Of a DNA stretch of 64,000 nucleotides, positions 19,436-29,639 are shown piece after piece. Made by a program: the position numbers and the translations under genes. The notes below the pieces were generated by a model. The model did no database searches and was not told where the DNA came from. It worked only from the letters and a program-made list of their open reading frames with translations. Location: IMG/VR virus record IMGVR_UViG_3300034355_001008. One strand, 5' to 3'. Position 1 is the stretch's first letter; every line of letters starts with the position of its first letter. The DNA comes from a virus. Its lineage: Duplodnaviria > Heunggongvirae > Uroviricota > Caudoviricetes.

Positions 19436-20806
19436 ATGAGTCAAGGTTTAATCCCTTATTCCGCATTTTCTAAAGAAATTTTAAAATATTATTATTCTCC
19501 TGAGTTAATATTAAAAAATACAGGTAATGAATTTTTAAATTTATATTGTTTTATCGCAAAAGTTGATCCCTGGGTTAATGAAGAAAGTCCGCCATTACCA
19601 GAAAATTCAGATTTTTATATAAAAAATATACATAAAAATTTAGTAGCAGTTAAAAAGATAAACTCTAACGATATTTGTCCAGTAATAAAAAGAATTGATT
19701 GGAAATCCGGGACAACTTATGGGCAGTATTCTTCTAATAGAATAGGCGAAATTAATTATTATGTTAGAAATTCATATGATCAAGTATTTAAATGTTTATA
19801 TAATGGCGAATCCATAATTCATGTAAATGGAATTGCTTCCACTATTGAACCAATAATAGATTATACTGTCAATTTTACAAGTAATATTATTTTTACTGGA
19901 GATGGATATAAATGGAAATATCTGTATACAATAGATCCAGGAGCAAAATTAAAATTTTTTGATCAAGATTGGATACCATTACCTGTTGCTGAACATAGAA
20001 AATCCTTATCAACAAGCATACTAGGTTCCGGAGATATATCGGTTATCAATATCTATAATAGCGGAAATAATTATATTGATGATTCTGGAAATGGAACTAC
20101 AACAACTATACGCATAGATGGAGATGGAACAGGCGCAACAGCTGCGGCAGTTATATCTGGTAATGTATTATCCCAGATATTAGTAACCAATTCTGGTAAA
20201 AATTACACATATGCTACTGCCAATATAACTGCAAATTTTGGATATAGTGGTAATGGAGCGCAATTGATTGCCGAAGTTTCTCCTATTGGAGGGCATGGTT
20301 ACGATTTAATCTCTGAATTGGGTTGTAAAACAATAATTATCACAACAGAATTTAACCAAACCGAAGGTTCCACTTTACCAACTGATATAGATTATAGACA
20401 GATTGGATTAATTTCTAATCCGGAAATAACTGTTGGCGTAACAGCTCAATTTGCAAATTCTAGCATATATCGTGCAACGCACGATGTTTTATTGGCACAA
20501 GGTTCTGGGGCGTATATCCAAGACGAAATTGTATATCAAGGGCAACTTTTAAATCCAACATACTCAGGAAGAGTTTTAAATTTTGACTCGATAAATAATT
20601 TATTATACCTTATAAATACTCATGGAACGATATCTATAAATCAACCGTTAAATGGTACTACGTCAAAACTTATTCGTTTAGTTTTACAAGAAACAATTGA
20701 ACAATTAATACCATATTCCGGAAATATTTTATACATTGAAAATAGAAAAAAAATACAAAGAACTTCTTCTGGATTAGAACAATTTAGATTAACGCTTAAT
20801 TATTAA
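19436..20806 (+). CDS. gp8: baseplate wedge gp8
   Basis: R.DW.SG..Y, V.KCL.N, GDGY.WKYLYTI, P.GGHG.D...ELG and SGNILYIENR motifs. Confidence 0.88.
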   Translation: MSQGLIPYSAFSKEILKYYYSPELILKNTGNEFLNLYCFIAKVDPWVNEESPPLPENSDFYIKNIHKNLVAVKKINSNDICPVIKRIDWKSGTTYGQYSSNRIGEINYYVRNSYDQVFKCLYNGESIIHVNGIASTIEPIIDYTVNFTSNIIFTGDGYKWKYLYTIDPGAKLKFFDQDWIPLPVAEHRKSLSTSILGSGDISVINIYNSGNNYIDDSGNGTTTTIRIDGDGTGATAAAVISGNVLSQILVTNSGKNYTYATANITANFGYSGNGAQLIAEVSPIGGHGYDLISELGCKTIIITTEFNQTEGSTLPTDIDYRQIGLISNPEITVGVTAQFANSSIYRATHDVLLAQGSGAYIQDEIVYQGQLLNPTYSGRVLNFDSINNLLYLINTHGTISINQPLNGTTSKLIRLVLQETIEQLIPYSGNILYIENRKKIQRTSSGLEQFRLTLNY

Positions 20807-20818
20807 GGTTTAAACGGC

Positions 20819-23800
20819 ATGTTAAATTTCAATACAAAACCATATTATGATGATTTCAATGAAGATAAAAATTTTCATAAAATTTTATTTAAACCTGGAG
20901 TTGCAGTTCAAGCAAGAGAATTGACGCAAGTTCAATCAATATTACAGGATCAAATTGGCAAATTTGGCAAATTTGTGTTGTCAGATGGTTCTATTGTTAG
21001 CGGTGGAAATTATTCTATAGATACAAATGTCAAATCTCTAAATTTAGCAAACATAGGAAATATTGCTACTGATATTCAATATTTTTCTGGAATGTATGTT
21101 ATTGGCGAAACTTCTAAATGTATTAGTTTAATTACTTCTATTGACGTATTAAACTATTATATTACTGTAAAATCTGTCCAAAGTGGACAAAGTAATTATG
21201 CTTCTGGCGAAATATTAAAAATATTTTCTAGAAAAGATGTTGCGTATCAATATATGCAAGATAATTCAATATTATCAGATTATACAGCTACATTAACATC
21301 AGATGCATCTACAACAATTAATAATTGCTTTGGTTCTATAAATTCTACACAATTTACGATTAATTCGTCGATCGTCGATGTTGGAGATGTAATTACTGCA
21401 GAAGTAGATAATTATTCCGTTAATTATATTGTAACCAATGTTAATACAAATTCAATAATTTCCGTTAACAAACAATTAACCAGAGATTATACTAACGTTC
21501 CATTAAAAATAACTAAATTTGCATCAAGAGTTGTATTAGAAGTAAATGTTGATACTGGAGTATATTTTACAAATAATACGTTTGTGAAATCTTTGCCGCA
21601 ATCTATTGTTCCGAATAATAAGACGCAATTTCCATCATGCGTTATTGGATTTGAAATTCTAGAATCCATGGTAGATTTTATAGATGATACGTCATTACTT
21701 GATCCAGCACAAGGTTCATATAACTATACAGCTCCAGGAGCCGATAGATATAAAATTTATTTAAATTTAGTGTCAAAACCATTACTCGGCGGCACAATTG
21801 ATGTGACATATTTAACAACAACCAAATTTATTGAATTGTTAAGAATAAAAGATGGTATTGTTATTTCAGATAATACGGATCCAACTTTAGGAGACCTTGA
21901 ACACGTTTTAGCAAAACAATTATATGATCATGCGGGAAATTTTATTGTTTCTCCTTTTACATTATCATTTAATAATTCTAATTTTGCAAACGAAGAACAA
22001 AAATTAAATTGTAGTATTTCTTCAGGAAAAGCTTATGTATATGGATATCCAATTGATGCCAAATTTCCAACAAATATTCAAGTAGATAAAGCTAGAGAAA
22101 CCGCAAATTCAGGAACGAAAATATCAAATTCTTATTATGGAAATAGTATAAGAATTAAAGATTTAAGCGGATTAATGCCTGCGCCAACTCTTGGCGCAAA
22201 AGTAGCTTTATATTCTACAGCAAAAGGCATAACAACTGCAGATTCTCTATTAGGGTACGCATATATTAGAAATATTGATTATACAACCACAAACGAATAT
22301 GGATTGTATTTGTATAATATGACAGTTCCTAAACAAAATGTAGCAAATATAAAATCAGTATTAGCAATGGGTTCTACAGGATTTTCTGCTAATACAATAT
22401 TAAATACTTCTTCACAAACAGTAATAAAAGACCCATCATTCGATAAATTATTGTTTAAATTAGAATATACTAACCCTGCTTCTGTAAACGTTGCCGACAT
22501 AACTTTAGATTTATTTACAACATTATCAGTTACGTCAAATGTTGCAACGATTTCAACTAATTCTGTATACAAACAATTTCCAGTAGGGGTTTCGCCATCA
22601 CTATCAACTGAAGATAAAAATCAAAATTTCATTGTTGTAACTAAATCTACTAATGGATCATATACAGCAGGCGAATTTGTAGATTTATCTGAAGTTAATA
22701 TTGAAGTTAAATCCGTTGGTGGTGGATATCAAGCTATATTAACATTTAACTCTGGATATTCAGGGCAAATTGACGTAAAATATCCATTAAATTATCTTTC
22801 TACACAAAAGAAAACTAAAACTTTAAATCAAAACCAAGTAGTTAAAGTAAGCGCATCAGTATATCCAACAAGTATTGGGTATTCTGATATTGCTAGATTT
22901 AAAGGAGTTTTTAAAACTAATAATCTTAATGAAACTACATATGCGGGTAATTGGACTAGTGGAGTCATTTATGGAATAAATGACGTTGTTAGACAAGGAC
23001 AAAATTTATTTATTTCCGCGAAAAATTCAAACGTTTCAAACTCTCCTTCCATTAACTCAGAATATTGGAACGTTTTACAAAAAGTTTCTTCTAAATTTAA
23101 AGTTAACAACGGACAAACAGAATATTTGTACGACTTTGGTTCGATTACAGCGAAATCTAGTGCAGATGCTGGAACTGTTTTTGTGTTATTTGATTACTAT
23201 ACACATTCAACAGATGGAGAATTTATTGCCTTTGATTCTTACCCAGTTACATACAATCAAATCCCAACAGTGAATATTAATAATACACAATATTCTCTAA
23301 AAGATTATATTGATTTTAGACCTCGTAGAAAAAATTCAACTAATTTCGATAATATTGAATTCGATGATTATAGGATTCCATCATCAGTTACTGATTCTAA
23401 TTTAACATATAATATGTCTTATTATCTTGGTAGAACTGATAAAATAGTATTAACTAAAGAAGGAGAATTATCTTGGTTAAAAGGCGCTTCTTCATATAAA
23501 AATTGGATTCCGCCAAAAGACTTATCTAATGCAATGACTATTGCAACAATAGAATTTGATCCATATTCCCCAGATATGACTTCTATAAAAATTAAATATG
23601 CAAAACATCGTAGATATACGATGGACGATATTGGTAATTTGGAAACCAGAATACAAAATGTTGAATATTATACTGCATTAAATATTGCAGAAAAAGCTAC
23701 ATTGGCAACAAATATTAACGATCAATATGGGACGAGATTAAAAAATGGATTTATAGTTGATTCATTTACCAATTTTAATATTGTTGATTTAACATATGGC

Positions 23801-26800
23801 AGAAGAAACATTTCTATAGATTTGGAAAATAATTTAGCTCGTCCATCTTTTGGTAGAGGCGAATTTAATTTATATCCATTTTTTGGTACAGGAGAAACCA
23901 AATTAATTAAAAAATCCAATTTAATTGGTTTTAATTATACGGAATCAGAGATTGTTGTTCAAAATCAAGCAACTTCATGGACAAGAGTTAATCAATTTGA
24001 TGTTGTTGCATATAATGGCGATTTATTTTTAGATCCACAAAGAAATATATTTGTTGAAGAAGCTGGAGTGACATATAACATCACTAATGATACAGCTGAT
24101 CTTATGAATGCTTCTGGAATTCCTGGATTAATGTATAATGATTGGAATACATATTTTTCAGCTCACCCATATATTGCGGATCCTACGGCATCAAGCGTTG
24201 CTGTAAATTACAATAATGTAAATTATGATATTAAAACTGTTCTTGATGTAACAAAAACAACAAAAATAGATCTATTATCGCAGAATATAATTCCAAAAAC
24301 TAAATCTATTAATATTAAATTTAATGCAACTGGTTTAGCTCCATATTCGCGTATGTTCTTGTATATTAATGGACATCTAATGAATTCTTCTGTTATTCCG
24401 GATGAAAATCCATTAGGAGTAATAAGTTCAATAAATGTTATTAATCCTGGAAGCGGATATAGTAATTCCGGAGTAACGGCAACTATTTCGGCAACAGCAA
24501 ATACTACAGCGCAATTTAACGTTTTAGTTGTCGGTGGAGCTATCGAATCTGTTACTACAAGTAACCCAGGGAAAGGATATCCACGAAGCGCAAATAATCT
24601 GCTTACAATTACTGGAGCAAATACTAATACTGCAATTGTTCAGGTGTCGACAGCCCCAGTTAAAGGGATGACGTTGTATTCAAATAGATTTGGAACATGT
24701 TCTGGGTTAATACAATTAACTAATGATATAATAAGTTTTGATGCAGGAGAATTATTAATTTCGATTGTAGATACGCCGCATTACAATTTATCAAAAGCCA
24801 TGTCTGTATCAAATGGAACTTTCTATGCAAAAACAAATTATTATCAAACTGTTATAGATTCAATTAGAAAACCATATATTTCTAAAATTGGAAATGTAAC
24901 CCCAAGTCTTCCTAATCAAACTGCAGGAATAATTGCACCTTTAAGCGCCGATTATAAGGTATTTGATTATAGCGTAGATTATGATTCAATAAAATCTGGC
25001 AACATTACAGTTCCTGTATTTTTAAACAAACAACCAAATACAACTGTTACCGTTGCTGTTCTTGTAAACGCGTCAGAAGACATGTCGTCAAATTGTTCAA
25101 TTACTACAAATCATTCTACATTAACATTTACAGAAAATACTTGGTCCACTCCTCAAAATGTAATATTAACATATAATTTAGGAAATAGACGTCAAGTTGG
25201 CGGAGATGAAATCGATACATTTATCGATAATAATTTACCATCTTATATTGAATTTTATTCTACATCTGCTGATCCGCAATACGATTATGGTGGATCAGCA
25301 GTTCCATTAAGATCTTGGTTAAGACCGTTTCCTATAAAAGGAGTTACATCAACCCATTTAGTTCCATACAAAAAATTTGATCCAAATGTAGGTCCTGCCG
25401 CTGAAAAATCATCATATATATCAGTCTCGCCTGTATCAGTATCAAATGTTGCTGGACAATCATTTTTTACAGTAACATATGGAGGAGGAAATGATATTGG
25501 ATGGTGGACTGATTCAATAACTACATATCCATTAAAATTTACTGCAACTGTTGCAAATACTTCAGTTGCGCAAATAACAAATTCAGAATATACCGATTAT
25601 GAATTTTCTAATGTAGTTTCTGGTAACGTGTTAACTGTGTTAAAACCAGATCATCAAATATTGAAATTTACATATTGGCTTGTTGGTTTAAATGTAGGAA
25701 GCACTACTGTTACGGTTACAACCCAATCTCCTAATTCAAATTGGGATGCAATTACAGAAACAGTGCCTATTACTGTTGGCGCAGAATTATTAGCTCCTGA
25801 TCCAGAAATTCGTGTTCATCAAAATGCGCAATTATCATCAACGGATGGGCTTATTTTAAATGCTCCAAGAATTACAACTTCTCTTGGAACTACACAAGTT
25901 ATTGATGTATCAATAAGTAAACGACCAGAATCTAATGTTATTATAACTGCAGCTTCAAATGATATAGTTGGTGGAGGAATAATTTACCAAGTTTCCGAAG
26001 ATGGGTTAACGGCAGTTTCATCAAACACAATTACATTTACCAAAGATACTTGGAATGTAATGAAAACTGTTATTGTAAAAGGTGTAACTAATGCAAATTT
26101 ACATCACGAAACTATAGTAGATTATAATGTTACATTAACTTCATCTAGCGCGAATACTGATTGGAATAATTTGACAACTGTAGTTCCAATGAAAAATAAA
26201 GATTCAGGAAATACTATAAACGTAATTTGGCCAGCTGTTGCTATTACTTGTTATGGGGATAGAACTCAATATAACGATCATAGAGCTGATGTTCCGTTTT
26301 TAATTCAATTAAAAACTCCCCCAGTTGATGGAAACGTCACGGTTACGATGTCTTCATCAGATACAACAAAAGGTGGAACGATATATCCTACCGATCACAC
26401 TAGCATAACTTTAACAGATCAAAATTGGAATTGGGGTAACAATATTCTTAAAATGACAGGAGCAAGTCTTCCTGGATATACTACATCTAAATATTATGCA
26501 ATTTTTGATTATACTGGAGGTATTGGACCAAGAAGTGCTAATTCGTGTTCGTTTGAATTAACAAATGGGTTAATTTATTATCCACCAGAACCGGTACCAT
26601 ATTATCCTCCAGCAACACCATGGCCAACACCAACACCATGGCCAACACCAACACCATGGCCAACACCAACACCAACGCCATCTTTGCCACCTGCAGCTAC
26701 GCCATGGCCAACGCCTACTCCTACGCCTACGCCGACGCCAACGCCTACTCCTACGCCTACGCCGACGCCGACGCCGCTTTTTGCAAAAGAACCAGTTACT

Positions 26801-27850
26801 ACTAGAACCAATACAGTAACTACTGTTGAATATGTTGCGGATAGAACAATTCCAAAAGTTGGGTTAGACCTTGAAATAGGAAGTACGAATATTAATAATA
26901 TTACGTATCTTGATAACGGTGATATCTTAGTAACAATGGCTTCAAGCAATGCGGGTAAATGGAAGGGCGGCGAATATCAGGATGGAGGAAAATGGAGGGA
27001 TGCTACAGGCACTGCGAAATTAGCTTTAACTCCAGACGTATATACAGATATTTCTGATGTTTCCGTAAGCGTTGTTTCTACAGCTTTATTACCAAAAGAT
27101 AGTCCTATGTATGTTGCTCCAAGACCCGCCGCATCGGTAAAAGGAGACATTACTGCTTCGGTTTCTAATGCACAGAAATACGTTGATACTGAGGATTACG
27201 ACGGAATGGAGACAATTCCTGGAGTATTCAACATTAATACGACCGCAGCAATAAAAACTAAAACTAATGACGAGGATCTTGAACTTCCAGGCGTTTCTAA
27301 TTATGTTAATGGGGAAGTAACGTTATTAATATCCGGAGTTAAATTAAAAGCTGATGCGATTAATGTAACTCAAGTTACTACTACATCGACAATTACAGAA
27401 ACTGTTGAAAACGGGAAAGTTATTGCTTCAGAAGAAAAATATGTCGATACAAAATATGACATAGTTCCTGCAAATGCAAACGGTGAAGCTGCCAAAGTAG
27501 CTGCTGCATTAGTAGAGAAACAAGCAGCAGATGCGGCAGCTCTTTTAGCTGTAGAAAATGCTAATAAAGAAGCAGCTGCTGCAAAAGCAGCAATGAACAC
27601 TGTATATGCAGCGACTACTGTTTCTCCCGTAACAATTGTAGAAAGAACCACAACTCTTACAGCGGTAGGGCAATTATCCGCTGATCAAAGCCCAGGATGG
27701 GGAGTTATATCTCCAGATTTTAAAGAAATAGGTCCAGTTATAAATACAGTATCACCACCAGCGCCTGCTGCTGCAGTTGGTTGGTTTACTACTTTTGGTT
27801 ATGCCAGCGAAGAAGAAGCGTACGAAAACTGGTCAAACTGGTCAAATTGA
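20819..27850 (+). CDS. large virion structural protein, VrlC/DUF4815-like N-terminal part with Calx-beta/Ig-like repeats and a PT linker
   Basis: N..PYYDDF...KNF...LF.PG..VQARELTQ.QS.LQ.QI, APGADR.K, RYTM.DI..LE.RI..VEYY and KNGF.VD.F motifs. Confidence 0.8.
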   Translation: MLNFNTKPYYDDFNEDKNFHKILFKPGVAVQARELTQVQSILQDQIGKFGKFVLSDGSIVSGGNYSIDTNVKSLNLANIGNIATDIQYFSGMYVIGETSKCISLITSIDVLNYYITVKSVQSGQSNYASGEILKIFSRKDVAYQYMQDNSILSDYTATLTSDASTTINNCFGSINSTQFTINSSIVDVGDVITAEVDNYSVNYIVTNVNTNSIISVNKQLTRDYTNVPLKITKFASRVVLEVNVDTGVYFTNNTFVKSLPQSIVPNNKTQFPSCVIGFEILESMVDFIDDTSLLDPAQGSYNYTAPGADRYKIYLNLVSKPLLGGTIDVTYLTTTKFIELLRIKDGIVISDNTDPTLGDLEHVLAKQLYDHAGNFIVSPFTLSFNNSNFANEEQKLNCSISSGKAYVYGYPIDAKFPTNIQVDKARETANSGTKISNSYYGNSIRIKDLSGLMPAPTLGAKVALYSTAKGITTADSLLGYAYIRNIDYTTTNEYGLYLYNMTVPKQNVANIKSVLAMGSTGFSANTILNTSSQTVIKDPSFDKLLFKLEYTNPASVNVADITLDLFTTLSVTSNVATISTNSVYKQFPVGVSPSLSTEDKNQNFIVVTKSTNGSYTAGEFVDLSEVNIEVKSVGGGYQAILTFNSGYSGQIDVKYPLNYLSTQKKTKTLNQNQVVKVSASVYPTSIGYSDIARFKGVFKTNNLNETTYAGNWTSGVIYGINDVVRQGQNLFISAKNSNVSNSPSINSEYWNVLQKVSSKFKVNNGQTEYLYDFGSITAKSSADAGTVFVLFDYYTHSTDGEFIAFDSYPVTYNQIPTVNINNTQYSLKDYIDFRPRRKNSTNFDNIEFDDYRIPSSVTDSNLTYNMSYYLGRTDKIVLTKEGELSWLKGASSYKNWIPPKDLSNAMTIATIEFDPYSPDMTSIKIKYAKHRRYTMDDIGNLETRIQNVEYYTALNIAEKATLATNINDQYGTRLKNGFIVDSFTNFNIVDLTYGRRNISIDLENNLARPSFGRGEFNLYPFFGTGETKLIKKSNLIGFNYTESEIVVQNQATSWTRVNQFDVVAYNGDLFLDPQRNIFVEEAGVTYNITNDTADLMNASGIPGLMYNDWNTYFSAHPYIADPTASSVAVNYNNVNYDIKTVLDVTKTTKIDLLSQNIIPKTKSINIKFNATGLAPYSRMFLYINGHLMNSSVIPDENPLGVISSINVINPGSGYSNSGVTATISATANTTAQFNVLVVGGAIESVTTSNPGKGYPRSANNLLTITGANTNTAIVQVSTAPVKGMTLYSNRFGTCSGLIQLTNDIISFDAGELLISIVDTPHYNLSKAMSVSNGTFYAKTNYYQTVIDSIRKPYISKIGNVTPSLPNQTAGIIAPLSADYKVFDYSVDYDSIKSGNITVPVFLNKQPNTTVTVAVLVNASEDMSSNCSITTNHSTLTFTENTWSTPQNVILTYNLGNRRQVGGDEIDTFIDNNLPSYIEFYSTSADPQYDYGGSAVPLRSWLRPFPIKGVTSTHLVPYKKFDPNVGPAAEKSSYISVSPVSVSNVAGQSFFTVTYGGGNDIGWWTDSITTYPLKFTATVANTSVAQITNSEYTDYEFSNVVSGNVLTVLKPDHQILKFTYWLVGLNVGSTTVTVTTQSPNSNWDAITETVPITVGAELLAPDPEIRVHQNAQLSSTDGLILNAPRITTSLGTTQVIDVSISKRPESNVIITAASNDIVGGGIIYQVSEDGLTAVSSNTITFTKDTWNVMKTVIVKGVTNANLHHETIVDYNVTLTSSSANTDWNNLTTVVPMKNKDSGNTINVIWPAVAITCYGDRTQYNDHRADVPFLIQLKTPPVDGNVTVTMSSSDTTKGGTIYPTDHTSITLTDQNWNWGNNILKMTGASLPGYTTSKYYAIFDYTGGIGPRSANSCSFELTNGLIYYPPEPVPYYPPATPWPTPTPWPTPTPWPTPTPTPSLPPAATPWPTPTPTPTPTPTPTPTPTPTPTPLFAKEPVTTRTNTVTTVEYVADRTIPKVGLDLEIGSTNINNITYLDNGDILVTMASSNAGKWKGGEYQDGGKWRDATGTAKLALTPDVYTDISDVSVSVVSTALLPKDSPMYVAPRPAASVKGDITASVSNAQKYVDTEDYDGMETIPGVFNINTTAAIKTKTNDEDLELPGVSNYVNGEVTLLISGVKLKADAINVTQVTTTSTITETVENGKVIASEEKYVDTKYDIVPANANGEAAKVAAALVEKQAADAAALLAVENANKEAAAAKAAMNTVYAATTVSPVTIVERTTTLTAVGQLSADQSPGWGVISPDFKEIGPVINTVSPPAPAAAVGWFTTFGYASEEEAYENWSNWSN
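26605..26775 (+). repeat. Pro-Thr tandem repeat (PTPWPT/PTPT)
   Basis: Tandem CCAACACCATGG and CC(T/G)ACG units encoding a PT linker. Confidence 0.95.
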
Positions 27851-27854
27851 TTTA

Positions 27855-27862
27855 CATAAATA
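27855..27862 (+). promoter_or_regulatory. possible late promoter (variant)
   Basis: CATAAATA followed by a GAAGG RBS in the 21-bp gap before the 27872 ORF. Confidence 0.5.
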
Positions 27863-27871
27863 GAAGGTTTT

Positions 27872-29359
27872 ATGGCAACATTAGATAAAGGTTTAATACA
27901 CGCGTATGTTACGAATAAATTCGTAACATCGCCTTACATAAAAGAAAGAAAATACCCTGATAAAAATGCAGATATAAAATATTTTCCAGAGGAAATTAGT
28001 TATTGGGTTAATCAAATAGTAAATTCTAAATGGGAATTAAGCGTATTCGATTCTGAATTTGAAGCGACGTATTCAATTGATCACGATCGTTCGTTAACTT
28101 ATGCACCGACTTATAATGATTATATTGGACAAACATTTTTAATTGATGCAAAAACATATCCAAAAGGGATGTTTTTATCTAAAATTACAATATTTGTTCG
28201 ACAAGATTCTACAGACGAATCAATAACTCTTGATGTTAGACCATTAGTAAATGGGGTTCCTGGAGATGTAATTCCATTGTCAAAAGTAGTAGTTACGCAA
28301 TCAGGGGATCCACAAACATATGAGTGGGATCCAGCAGTTGATGCAAACGTTCAGTATTCTACAATGGATTTTGAATTTGAATTTCCGCTATATCTTTCTG
28401 CCGGATATTACTGCTTTACATTAAAAACTAATTCGTTTAATTTTTCAGTTTTTATTTCTGAAAATGGTAAAGCAGGTTTAAATTCAGGTAAAATTGTAGT
28501 TAATCCATATTTAGGAGATTTTATTTATTCCAATCAAGGGGTATCATGGGTTATTGATCCAACTAAAGATTTATGTTTTATGTTACATCAAGCTGTTTTT
28601 GACGTTGGCGAGGCAGTTGTATATTTAAACCTCGGCGATCGACCAACATATGATTTTGATACTGTAACATTAGCAACATCAATAAAAGAATTTAGTGAAA
28701 TATCATATATAAGCAAATGCGAAGTCGGTTCTTTTGATTATTATACTGACATTTTAACGCAAATTCCTATGTTATTAAATAGTAATATAAATATGCCATC
28801 GCATTCTAAGTTACACGAAACCAAAGGTTTGCCATTTACATTAACGTTAACAAACACAGATAAAAATTTAACTCCTATTATAGATATAAATGGAACTGGC
28901 GTTAAATTAATTAAAAATTTTATTAACGCATATAGCACAGAAGTATCTGATTCAGAATTGGCTGCATTAACTGGGGCTGCTTATGCTAAATATGTATCAA
29001 AATCCGTAACATTAAATGAAGATTTTGATGCTGATGGTATAACTTTATACGTCGACGTTAACAAACCGGTTGGAACAGATATTGAAGTATTTTGTAGAGT
29101 ATTAAATAGATATGATACTGATTTAGAAATAAACGAAACAATATGGTATAGATTACCCAAAAAATCAAGCGCAACCCCAACATTATTAGCATCAGATTAT
29201 ATTGAAGAACTTTATGAAAATTTAAATATATCTTATGCGGGAATAAATGGAGTTCAATATACATCATTTAATAGATTGCAAGTTAAAATTGTAATGTATT
29301 CAGAGGATTCAGCAAAAGTTCCATCTATTAAAAATTTAAGAGTTATTGCTACTGTATAA
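27872..29359 (+). CDS. virion structural protein; separated C-terminal part of a VrlC/DUF4815-like protein
   Basis: GQTF.I......GMFL..I..F, NG.P...IP.S.V, T.FEF..P.YL..G.Y and KY.SK.V.L motifs; ends P.IKNLR.IA. Confidence 0.72.
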   Translation: MATLDKGLIHAYVTNKFVTSPYIKERKYPDKNADIKYFPEEISYWVNQIVNSKWELSVFDSEFEATYSIDHDRSLTYAPTYNDYIGQTFLIDAKTYPKGMFLSKITIFVRQDSTDESITLDVRPLVNGVPGDVIPLSKVVVTQSGDPQTYEWDPAVDANVQYSTMDFEFEFPLYLSAGYYCFTLKTNSFNFSVFISENGKAGLNSGKIVVNPYLGDFIYSNQGVSWVIDPTKDLCFMLHQAVFDVGEAVVYLNLGDRPTYDFDTVTLATSIKEFSEISYISKCEVGSFDYYTDILTQIPMLLNSNINMPSHSKLHETKGLPFTLTLTNTDKNLTPIIDINGTGVKLIKNFINAYSTEVSDSELAALTGAAYAKYVSKSVTLNEDFDADGITLYVDVNKPVGTDIEVFCRVLNRYDTDLEINETIWYRLPKKSSATPTLLASDYIEELYENLNISYAGINGVQYTSFNRLQVKIVMYSEDSAKVPSIKNLRVIATV

Positions 29360-29603
29360 TATGGAAAAACTAAAAGTTAAAGATGTTCCAGGTTGGGTCA
29401 AAGATCCAACCTCAAAGGCTGTGTTAAATAGCGATATATCTGCCTTAGAAGCGCATAAAGCAAATAGAAAAAAAAATATATTGATAAATAGTATGGAAAA
29501 CGATCTTAATGGCGTAAAAACTGAAATTGAAGAATTAAAATCAGACATTAAAGATATTAAAGATATTTTACTACAGTTTATAAATTCTAAAACTGGATTA
29601 TAA
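29346..29603 (+). CDS. small conserved T4-like coiled-coil hypothetical protein
   Basis: KVKD.PG.VKD..SKAVLN.D start and heptad-rich C-terminus; start probably the second Met (MEKLK). Confidence 0.65.
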   Translation: MLLYNMEKLKVKDVPGWVKDPTSKAVLNSDISALEAHKANRKKNILINSMENDLNGVKTEIEELKSDIKDIKDILLQFINSKTGL

Positions 29604-29606
29604 ATA
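29599..29606 (+). promoter_or_regulatory. T4-type late promoter
   Basis: TATAAATA upstream of the tail fibre gene. Confidence 0.75.
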
Positions 29607-29639
29607 TTGTTGTAAAAATTTATTTTAAGGGAATAACAA

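Noticed and set aside
27848-27872. Stop-codon readthrough or recoding joining the two VrlC-like ORFs
   Set aside because: Although the ORFs are in frame, two different stops (TGA and TAA) intervene and the gap has its own promoter and RBS. All core genes translate intact with the standard code.
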